Positions 57,221 through 64,000 of a stretch of 64,000 nucleotides of DNA are shown piece by piece. Source of the DNA: Acidimicrobiia bacterium. Lineage in GTDB: Bacteria > Actinomycetota > Acidimicrobiia > IMCC26256 > JAGPDB01. The stretch covers positions 21,092 to 85,091 of the forward strand of contig JAXLRE010000007.1 of the NCBI GenBank assembly GCA_046331265.1. Reading direction: 5' to 3'. Made by a program: the position numbers and the translations under genes. The stretch's first letter is position 1, and each line of letters starts with the position of its first letter. Under the pieces are notes generated by a model that saw only the letters and a program-made list of their open reading frames with translations, was not told the origin of the DNA and ran no database searches.

Positions 57221-57856
57221 CTAGTTTGAGCTTGTTGATGAAAGCGAAGCAGCTGCTAAATCACTGCTCGACAATACTGCGTCAACCATTCCATATTCTT
57301 TCGCCTCTTCAGCGCTCATAATATAGTCACGGTCTGTATCAGCATGGATTCTTTCAATGCTTTGGCCTGTGTGGCTTGCTAGCAATTCATCGAGAGCTTC
57401 ACGCATACGCAAAATTTCTTTTGCTTGAATCTGGATATCTGCTGCTTGACCTTGCGCACCACCTAAAGGTTGGTGAATCAAAATTCTTGCATTTGGAAGA
57501 GCGAAACGCTTACCTTTTGCACCAGCTGCTAAAAGAACAGCTGCAGCTGAAGCACATTGACCAATACAAATTGTTTGAACATCAGGTTTAATGAACTGCA
57601 TTGTGTCGTACATTGCAAAAAGACCTGTGATTTCTCCACCAGGAGAGTTAATGTACAAAGAGATATCTTTGTCTGGGTCTTCACTTGCTAAGTGTAAAAG
57701 TTGTGCAATAACCATGTTTGCTACAGAGTCATTAATTGGAGTACCTAAATAAATAATTCTTTCTTGCAAAAGACGTGACCATACATCCATTGCTACTTCT
57801 TGGCCGCGGTTGTTTTTGTAAACAACTGATGGGTTAGGAATATAAAATTCGCTCAC
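57221..57856 (-). CDS. clpP: ATP-dependent Clp protease proteolytic subunit ClpP (single copy here)
   Basis: Ser-His-Asp contexts [12 protein letters not shown] and DTDRD. tig-clpP-clpX order. Confidence 0.95.
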   Translation of the reverse strand: MSEFYIPNPSVVYKNNRGQEVAMDVWSRLLQERIIYLGTPINDSVANMVIAQLLHLASEDPDKDISLYINSPGGEITGLFAMYDTMQFIKPDVQTICIGQCASAAAVLLAAGAKGKRFALPNARILIHQPLGGAQGQAADIQIQAKEILRMREALDELLASHTGQSIERIHADTDRDYIMSAEEAKEYGMVDAVLSSSDLAAASLSSTSSN

Positions 57857-57918
57857 TTAAGTTCTCCTTGATTGTTTTAGCTTTGTCAGTCTAGAGCAAT
57901 TTTGATTGCTTGTTGGTT

Positions 57919-59349
57919 TTAGTGCTTGTGGTCGTGGTCATGTTCGTGATCATGCTGATGATCGTGGTCATGATCATGATCGTGATCTTGTACGGCACTA
58001 AGCGCGCTAAGGATATCTTCGCCATCTTGATTAGGTATCTGAAGAGCAATTTCGTTTCCTTGAGCGTCTTTACCAACTGCATTATCCATTACAAGCTTTA
58101 AGGCTTTAGATTTAGCAATATCTAGTCTTACTTGTTTCTCAACACCAGGTTTTTTAACTCTATTCCTTATTTTGTTTATTTTTTCTTTCGATGTAGCTGC
58201 GAATTTCTCTATTTCTTCTTCGAGCTCTTCGTCTGTAGCATCAAGCTTTTCAGCTTCGATGATTGCCCGAACTGCTAAATCGGATTTAATGGCAGCAATC
58301 GCATCTTTCTCGACATTTTCTTCAAATTCGCTTCGAGCTGTTTCGTCGAGTGAATCGAGATATGCTTCGAGTTGAGCAACATCAACTCCGCTTTGATGAG
58401 CAATTGATTCTTTACGTGAAGCAATTTCACGATCCAAAAATGCTTTTGGAACATCTTCACCAACAAGTTCAGCTAATGCTTCCATAACTTTTTGTTGCGC
58501 CTGCATTTGGGCTTGCAACACTTGCAAATTACCCATTCGCTTTTTAGTGTCTTCTTTCCACTCATCTAATGTCGCAAAATCAGTATTTTCTTTTATCCAT
58601 TCATCTGTTGCTTCAGGAAGAACTTTGTTTTGAACATTTTTAATTTCAATTTCAAACTCAACTTCTTTACCAGCATTCTCACCGAACTGATCAGAAAGAA
58701 CATCTGTAAATGTTGCCGTGTCCCCTACTTTTTTACCAATCAATTGTTTATCAAGTTCTTCGCCAATAATTCCAGAACCAACACTATATAAATAGTCATT
58801 AGCAGTTAAGCCAGGAACAGCTTCACCCTCGATTGAACCAGAAATATCAATGGTTGCATAACTTCCATCTGCAATAGCGTCTTCGCTGTCTTTAAGTTCT
58901 CCATGACGTTCACGTAAAGAGTCGAGTTGTTTATTAATCGATTCATCGTCAATTGCTTCAACATCTACTTGAACTTCGAGCTTGTCATATCCAGTAATTT
59001 TTACAACAGGTCGAACTGCAACTGTTGCTTCAAAAACTACATCGCCTTCCTCTTCACCAGAATTGACTTTAAGTTCTGGATAGTCAACTGGATCAATATC
59101 ATTTTCGTCAACTGCATCGATATAATATTTTGGCAACGAATCGTTAATCGCCTGTGCTCGCCCAGCTTCGTAACCTATCTGTTTTTCTAAAAGTTTTCTA
59201 GGAGCTTTACCTGGCCTAAACCCTGGAAGGCGAACTTGAGTTGCAAGCTTCTTAAATGCTTCATCAATTGATTTCTCAAATTCCTGCTCAGGTACAGTAA
59301 TCGTAAGGCGGATATTATTGTCTGCTAGATGTTCAATCTCTGTATTCAT
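57919..59349 (-). CDS. tig: Trigger factor with C-terminal (His-Asp)n tail
   Basis: N-terminal ribosome-binding GFRPGKAPRKLLEK, an FKBP-like middle domain, and a C-terminal tail DHDHDHDHDHQHDHEHDHDHKH. Confidence 0.9.
   Translation of the reverse strand: MNTEIEHLADNNIRLTITVPEQEFEKSIDEAFKKLATQVRLPGFRPGKAPRKLLEKQIGYEAGRAQAINDSLPKYYIDAVDENDIDPVDYPELKVNSGEEEGDVVFEATVAVRPVVKITGYDKLEVQVDVEAIDDESINKQLDSLRERHGELKDSEDAIADGSYATIDISGSIEGEAVPGLTANDYLYSVGSGIIGEELDKQLIGKKVGDTATFTDVLSDQFGENAGKEVEFEIEIKNVQNKVLPEATDEWIKENTDFATLDEWKEDTKKRMGNLQVLQAQMQAQQKVMEALAELVGEDVPKAFLDREIASRKESIAHQSGVDVAQLEAYLDSLDETARSEFEENVEKDAIAAIKSDLAVRAIIEAEKLDATDEELEEEIEKFAATSKEKINKIRNRVKKPGVEKQVRLDIAKSKALKLVMDNAVGKDAQGNEIALQIPNQDGEDILSALSAVQDHDHDHDHDHQHDHEHDHDHKH
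57922..57987 (-). repeat. Hexanucleotide-type coding repeat (GAYCAY)n encoding the His/Asp tail of trigger factor
   Basis: Hand translation of 57922..57987 gives 22 residues, 11 His alternating with mostly Asp. The DNA is made of near-identical gatcat/gatcac/gaccac units. Confidence 0.85.
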
Positions 59350-59438
59350 AAGGTTTTATAGTCTAGAAGAAGCTACAAATAAGTACATATTGTAAGAGAG
59401 ATTTAATTAATTAGGTGTAAGACAAATAGAATACGAGC

Positions 59439-60164
59439 ATGTCTAGCATCACAAGTCACCGTAAACATCGAGTTCACAGCGAAGGTCATAAACTCGGCCG
59501 ACATAACTGGATTCGCGCAGGAGTTTTAGGAGCCAGCGATGGCGTTGTGTCTATTACTGCTTTGCTTCTTGGAGTACTTAGCGCTAAAGCAAGTCTTAAT
59601 ACTTTGTGGCTTACAGGCTTGAGCGCAATTGTTGCTGGTGCATTTTCTATGGCAATTGGTGAATATGTTTCTGTTGCATCACAAAAAGATATTGAAAATG
59701 CAAACATCGCAAAAGAAACCTGGGAACTAGAGACCGAAGCCGACGACGAACTTATTGAACTTAAAAATATTTATAAAGCTAGAGGTCTAGATGATGCTTT
59801 AGCTCTTGATGTTGCTAAAGCAATGACACAACACAATGCCCTTGAAGCGCATTTACGTGATGAACTCGGAATGTCAGATATTGAAGCTACTAATCCTTTT
59901 CAAGCTGCATATGTTTCCTTTATTGCATTTTCTCTAGGCGGCTCAGCGCCCTTTGCTTTGTCACTATTTTCAAGAAACGTTTATGACAGTATTACAGCAA
60001 GAGTTATTCCTGTTGTAATAATTGGAGTAATTGCTCTAGCAATTTTGGGTTATACAAGCGCAAGACTTGGCGGTGCACCTGTTAAACGTGCATTAATTAG
60101 AATAATGACAGGTGGTATTGCTGCTTTTGTGATTTCAGTAGCTCTTGGTGCAAGTATTGGCTAA
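59439..60164 (+). CDS. VIT1/CCC1-family iron/manganese transporter
   Basis: GASDGVVS...AGAFSMAIGEYVSVASQKD signature with a C-terminal TM bundle. Confidence 0.8.
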   Translation: MSSITSHRKHRVHSEGHKLGRHNWIRAGVLGASDGVVSITALLLGVLSAKASLNTLWLTGLSAIVAGAFSMAIGEYVSVASQKDIENANIAKETWELETEADDELIELKNIYKARGLDDALALDVAKAMTQHNALEAHLRDELGMSDIEATNPFQAAYVSFIAFSLGGSAPFALSLFSRNVYDSITARVIPVVIIGVIALAILGYTSARLGGAPVKRALIRIMTGGIAAFVISVALGASIG

Positions 60165-60167
60165 AAA

Positions 60168-61094
60168 TTAATGCGCAATAAATATTGTCGTATACAAAAT
60201 ATAAACAATATATATAGCAACTAGTACATATCCTTTAGAACGATTTAAAACATTTGATTTAAGTGGGATCAAAAGAACCATACTTATGAGGCTTAACAAA
60301 ACTGGCGCAGTTATGTCTGCTGAGCTAACTTTTATTGGATAGATAATTGCCGCTATTGCAACTATTAAAAGCATATTAAAAATATTGCTTCCAATAACAG
60401 TTCCAACACCTATGTCGTCATGACCTCTCATCCTTGAAATAATTGTTGTTGCTAATTCAGGTGTTGAAGTTCCGAGCGCGACAAAAGTTGCACCAACAAT
60501 AAAAGTATCCCAACCCAATAGATCTCCGATTGCTTTTGCGCCGTCAACAATTAGATAACCAGCTGATACCAATAAAATTAATCCTGCTAATAAAAATATG
60601 ACGGACTTGTTTATTTTCTTTTCTCCCAAAACTTCGCTCGTTTCTGAACGCGCTTTAATTGTTTGAATAAGACCAAGCATTAGCCAGACAGTAAAAAATA
60701 AAATCATGACGATGCCGTCTATATAGTTAATTTTTTTATCGATTGATAAAACTAAAACTAAAACAGGTGCAATAATTGCAAAAGGTAAATCTCTTTTTAA
60801 CTCCCTTTTAGAAACTTTAAGTGGTTTAAGTATTAATGCAATGCCTAGAACCAAGCAAATGTTAGTTAGGTTTGATCCAATTGCATCTCCTAAAGCCAGT
60901 TCTGATTTTTTGTTGGTGGCAGAAATTATAGAAACACTAAGTTCTGGTGACGAGGTTGCGAACGCAGCGATAGTTGCACCAATAATTCCAGCAGGGATCT
61001 TTGCCCATGAAGCAACCCCAACTGCTCCTTTAACAAATAGTTCACCGCCTAAACCTGCAAAGATAATGCCAATCACTAATAACAAAAAAACCAT
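60168..61094 (-). CDS. Ca2+/Na+ (CaCA / YrbG-type) antiporter
   Basis: Two alpha-repeat motifs, GDAIGSNLTN and GTVIGSNIFN, in a 308-aa protein with ~10 TM helices. Confidence 0.8.
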   Translation of the reverse strand: MVFLLLVIGIIFAGLGGELFVKGAVGVASWAKIPAGIIGATIAAFATSSPELSVSIISATNKKSELALGDAIGSNLTNICLVLGIALILKPLKVSKRELKRDLPFAIIAPVLVLVLSIDKKINYIDGIVMILFFTVWLMLGLIQTIKARSETSEVLGEKKINKSVIFLLAGLILLVSAGYLIVDGAKAIGDLLGWDTFIVGATFVALGTSTPELATTIISRMRGHDDIGVGTVIGSNIFNMLLIVAIAAIIYPIKVSSADITAPVLLSLISMVLLIPLKSNVLNRSKGYVLVAIYIVYILYTTIFIAH

Positions 61095-61182
61095 TGGATG
61101 ACAATCTAGAGGAAATAAAGAATTTTTTCTTCCATATAAACTTTGAGAATAAATATCGTATAGACTTTCCGTTCTACAGTCA

Positions 61183-61260
61183 CGGGATGTGGCGCAGCTT
61201 GGTTAGCGCGCCTGCTTTGGGAGCAGGAGGTCCAGGGTTCGAATCCCTGCATCCCGACCA
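61183..61260 (+). tRNA. tRNA-Pro (anticodon UGG), CCA encoded
   Basis: Hand-folded: acceptor CGGGATG/CATCCCG, D arm GCGC/GCGC, anticodon arm CCTGC-TTTGGGA-GCAGG, T arm CAGGG-TTCGAAT-CCCTG, then ACCA. Confidence 0.95.
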
Positions 61261-61365
61261 CAATTTAACTATTAATAAATAGCTCTTTCGTATCCTTTTA
61301 TTGTTTGTAATCCCACATTTTCAAGATTTAAAGAAATAACATATTCGAAACCGAAAGAGGTAAAT

Positions 61366-61590
61366 ATGGAACAATCAAAAACATCATTCGAAAAACTTCG
61401 TGACTTTGCGCAGTACTTCACAGCAGGCGCAGCAATCCTTGCAGGAATCTGTTGGGTTCTTTCAGATGTAATAGCAAAGGATTCAACACTTTTTGACAAG
61501 CTTGCAAACATAACTATTGGAGCGACTATGGTCGGCGGTGTTGTCATGGGAGTTTTATATTTAATTCATCTTACAAAAAAAGAAAAATAA
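61366..61590 (+). CDS. Hypothetical small membrane protein (2 TM)
   Basis: 74 aa. SD AAAGAGG 6 nt before the ATG. Two hydrophobic helices. Lies between two tRNA genes. Preferred over the overlapping antisense ORF 61272..61547. Confidence 0.45.
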   Translation: MEQSKTSFEKLRDFAQYFTAGAAILAGICWVLSDVIAKDSTLFDKLANITIGATMVGGVVMGVLYLIHLTKKEK

Positions 61591-61644
61591 TCAGGATCGA
61601 GTGTTCTTCTATCGGACATGTCTGATAGCATCTAGATCTCATAT

Positions 61645-61659
61645 CGCGGGTGTAGCTCA
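61645..61659 (+). repeat. 15-nt direct repeat of the tRNA-Gly 5' end (CGCGGGTGTAGCTCA), 50 nt upstream of the real copy at 61695..61709
   Basis: Exact match read directly from the sequence. The upstream copy is not followed by the rest of a tRNA. Confidence 0.8.
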
Positions 61660-61695
61660 CAGGCATCACAAACTATAAACTGTGAACCACCTTAC

Positions 61696-61770
61696 GCGGG
61701 TGTAGCTCAATGGCTAGAGCCCCAGCCTTCCAAGCTGGTTATGCGGGTTCGATTCCCGTCACCCGCTCCA
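61696..61770 (+). tRNA. tRNA-Gly (anticodon UCC), CCA encoded
   Basis: Hand-folded: acceptor GCGGGTG/CACCCGC, D arm GCTC-AATGGCTA-GAGC, anticodon arm CCAGC-CTTCCAA-GCTGG, T arm GCGGG-TTCGATT-CCCGT, then TCCA. Confidence 0.95.
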
Positions 61771-61806
61771 TATAAAACTAAAGTGCGACTAAAAAGCGAT
61801 TAGCAT

Positions 61807-63531
61807 TTGTTCATGTCTTCAAACGATAACGAAACGCTTAAACATGAAATTTCTGAAAAAATCGAAGAGCTTCCTTCGCATTTAAAATTTGATCCCCTTG
61901 TAGGGCACCCTAAACGTAAATCAATTTTGGCTGTGATGTGCCTTTCGCTCGTCGTAATTGTTTTAGATAACTCAATTTTAAACGTTGCGATACCGACTAT
62001 CAGTCAAACATTACGTGCCAGCGATCAACAGCTTTTATGGATCATCGATGCTTATACATTAATTTTTGCTGGACTCCTACTAACCGCAGGCACATTAGGT
62101 GACCGCTTCGGAAGACGATCGTTACTACAAATTGGGCTAACAATTTTTGGTTTGGCATCCTTAATATCTGCATTTTCTCATTCACCTACTCAGTTAATCA
62201 TCGGTCGAGGCCTAATGGGTATTGGTGGTGCAGCAATAATGCCATCGACATTGTCGATCATTACAAATGTGTTTCCTCCAAAAGAACGCGCAAAAGCAAT
62301 TGGAATTTGGGCTGCATTTGCTGGAATTGGTGTAGCTATTGGTCCACTAACTGGTGGTTTTCTTATTGAACATTTCTGGTGGGGCTCGGTATTTCTAGTA
62401 AATATTCCTGTTGTAATTTTTGGTGTGTTAGCAAACGCAGTTTTGGTTCCAGAATCAAAAGCAGAGTATTCAGAAAAAATCGATATCATCGGAGCAATAC
62501 TTTCAATCATTGGTCTATCAACTTTGCTCTATGCAATTATTTTTGGTGCTGATGATGGATTCTTAAAACCAGGTGTATTAACTGCTGGAGCAATTGCATT
62601 TATATCTCTTGTCGGCTTTTTCACTTGGGAATCAAAGACTGCATCTCCGATGTTGCAATTGAAATTCTTTAAAGATAAACGATTTTCTGCTGGCGCGATT
62701 TCAATTACTCTGACATTCTTTGCAATGTTTGGTATGAGCTTTTTACTTTCACAATATCTACAAAGTGTTCTTGGTTTCACACCTCTACAAAGCGGTGTAA
62801 GGTTTATTCCTTTTGCTTTTGCAATGATTGTCACTGCTCCCCTAAGCGCTAAAGCATCTGCAAAATTTGGAACTAAACAAACCGTTGTTACAGGTTTAAC
62901 TCTTGTATTAATTGCGCTTTTAGCAATGTCTACTCTGCAAGTTAACGACAGCTATGCGAATGTAATTTGGATGATGATGTTAATGGCATGCGGTATGGGC
63001 CTTACGATGGCTCCTGCAACTTCATCTGTTATGAACTCATTGCCGCGTGAAAAAGCAGGTGTTGGTTCTGCAATGAATGACACAACACGAATGGTTGGTG
63101 GCGCTTTAGGACTAGCAGTCAGCGGTTCTGTTTTTGCATCTATTTATAGAGACAAGTTAAAAAACTTTCCAGCAATAAAGGACTTGTTAGCTGCCATGGA
63201 ATCGCTTGGCGTAAGCAAGAACAAACAGCAAGAACTTTTAACTAATCTTTCTGACTCATTAGGTAAAGCTATTGGAATAGCTAAAGGCGTTAGAGACCCT
63301 TCGACTATCCCTGATCCAACTTTAAAGTCGCAAGTTAGTTCTTTACCAGCCCCAGTACGCGAGCGTGTAAGCAATTCGATTGTCAATGGAGCACAATATT
63401 CTTTCGTTAAAGGTATGCATGTTGGTATGTACGTGAGCGCTATTGCAGTTGTTATTGCAATTACTGTTGCTCTTATTTGGTTGCCTAAACATTCAATGTC
63501 TAAAGAACAAGCTGAGGGTACGACTATATGA
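61807..63531 (+). CDS. MFS transporter, DHA2/EmrB-like (14-TM type)
   Basis: Motif A-like GTLGDRFGRR, many TM helices, 574 aa. The start is TTG 61807 or ATG 61813. Confidence 0.85.
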   Translation: MFMSSNDNETLKHEISEKIEELPSHLKFDPLVGHPKRKSILAVMCLSLVVIVLDNSILNVAIPTISQTLRASDQQLLWIIDAYTLIFAGLLLTAGTLGDRFGRRSLLQIGLTIFGLASLISAFSHSPTQLIIGRGLMGIGGAAIMPSTLSIITNVFPPKERAKAIGIWAAFAGIGVAIGPLTGGFLIEHFWWGSVFLVNIPVVIFGVLANAVLVPESKAEYSEKIDIIGAILSIIGLSTLLYAIIFGADDGFLKPGVLTAGAIAFISLVGFFTWESKTASPMLQLKFFKDKRFSAGAISITLTFFAMFGMSFLLSQYLQSVLGFTPLQSGVRFIPFAFAMIVTAPLSAKASAKFGTKQTVVTGLTLVLIALLAMSTLQVNDSYANVIWMMMLMACGMGLTMAPATSSVMNSLPREKAGVGSAMNDTTRMVGGALGLAVSGSVFASIYRDKLKNFPAIKDLLAAMESLGVSKNKQQELLTNLSDSLGKAIGIAKGVRDPSTIPDPTLKSQVSSLPAPVRERVSNSIVNGAQYSFVKGMHVGMYVSAIAVVIAITVALIWLPKHSMSKEQAEGTTI

Positions 63532-64000
63532 AAAAAGCACTTGTAATTCTACTGTTAGTTCTAACAGTAGTTTTGTCTGCATGTGCTGAGAAAAAAGCTA
63601 AACCAGAAAAAGTTGTTCCCACTTCAACTTCAAGCTCGACTACAACAACTGTTTCAAAAGTTGAACCGACATTGACAACTAAAGTCATGTTAGATGGTTT
63701 GACCAACCCGTGGGATATTGCATTTAGTTCAAATGGAACAATGTTTTTTACGCAACGAAATGGCAAACTCAACGCTTTAGTCGGTACAGAAAATCGAGTT
63801 TTAATAGATAATCCTGATGTTAAAGCAGACGGCGAAGGCGGACTTTTAGGTTTAGCATTAGATAAGACTTTCAATAAAAACCGATACTTGTACGCATGCT
63901 ACAACTCAAAGACTGCATTAGATATAAGGGTTGTTAGATTTTCAGTAAGTAAAGATGTAAGAACAGTTTCGGATCCTAAAGCAATCATTACAGGCATTCC
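63528..64000 (+). CDS. Lipoprotein, PQQ-dependent soluble sugar dehydrogenase-like beta-propeller (N-terminal part; runs off the right edge)
   Basis: Not in the ORF track because no stop lies in the window. The ATG overlaps the MFS stop (ATGA). Lipobox LLVLTVVLSAC, a T/S-rich linker, then LDGLTNPWDIAFSSNGTMFFTQRNGKL...GEGGLLGLALD. Confidence 0.7.
   Translation, partial: MKKALVILLLVLTVVLSACAEKKAKPEKVVPTSTSSSTTTTVSKVEPTLTTKVMLDGLTNPWDIAFSSNGTMFFTQRNGKLNALVGTENRVLIDNPDVKADGEGGLLGLALDKTFNKNRYLYACYNSKTALDIRVVRFSVSKDVRTVSDPKAIITGI

Noticed and set aside
57891-58101. Two small ORFs (57891..58082 on the minus strand, 57910..58101 on the plus strand) rich in M/I/V/T runs at the tig 3' end.
   Set aside because: They are alternative-frame and antisense readings of the (GAYCAY)n His/Asp repeat of trigger factor. 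No independent support.
61272-61547. A 91-aa minus-strand ORF between tRNA-Pro and tRNA-Gly.
   Set aside because: It overlaps the + strand 74-aa ORF, which has a good SD and two clean TM helices. The minus-strand product has no SD and its 3' end abuts the tRNA-Pro gene. Both remain hypothetical.
61183-61770. The tRNA-Pro / tRNA-Gly cluster might mark a prophage or genomic-island boundary.
   Set aside because: No integrase, recombinase, phage or mobile-element gene lies on either side within the window. Only the short 15-nt repeat was retained as a low-interest finding.

Overview
This is a visibly AT-rich, very gene-dense window: many start/stop overlaps and spacers of 0-100 nt. The gene order matches the conserved actinobacterial housekeeping backbone, read on the minus strand from right to left: tig-clpP-clpX, valS-folC-ndk, mreBCD-mrdA-rodA, rne, rplU-rpmA-obg-proB, proA, nadD-rsfS, leuS, comEA-comEC-holA, rpsT/lepA, hemW-hrcA-dnaJ-rsmE, phoH-ybeY-corC-era. 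This fits a streamlined low-GC planktonic actinobacterium, but the lineage cannot be proven from this window. I support about 58 protein-coding genes and 3 tRNAs: Ala-GGC, Pro-UGG and Gly-UCC. I found no rRNA, CRISPR array, transposase, integrase or obvious prophage.

Several accessory insertions interrupt the backbone, and most of them encode envelope or surface proteins.
- **PilZ pair (most interesting):** two paralogous BcsA-like membrane proteins (TM / GT-A-like / TM / PilZ) sit between rne and rplU. One carries a ~770-aa extracellular stalk of SdrD/Cna-B and DUF11-type domains.
- **Degenerate GGDEF protein:** a membrane-anchored protein with a degenerate active site but an intact RxxD I-site lies next to a BldC-like HTH, between proA and proB.
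- **vWA pair:** two tandem paralogous membrane-anchored vWA proteins lie between rpsT and holA.
- **Fragmented surface-protein gene:** a ~2.5-kb gene whose four lesions cluster within ~340 bp.
- **S8 protease:** a secreted protease with six C-terminal repeats.

Candidate regulatory RNA structures:
- A promoter / 12-codon Met-Met leader / terminator attenuator precedes a distant SAM hydroxide adenosyltransferase (DUF62)-like gene.
- An SD-sequestering hairpin precedes a DUF378 gene.

All calls come from reading motifs and synteny by eye. No database search or computation was run.
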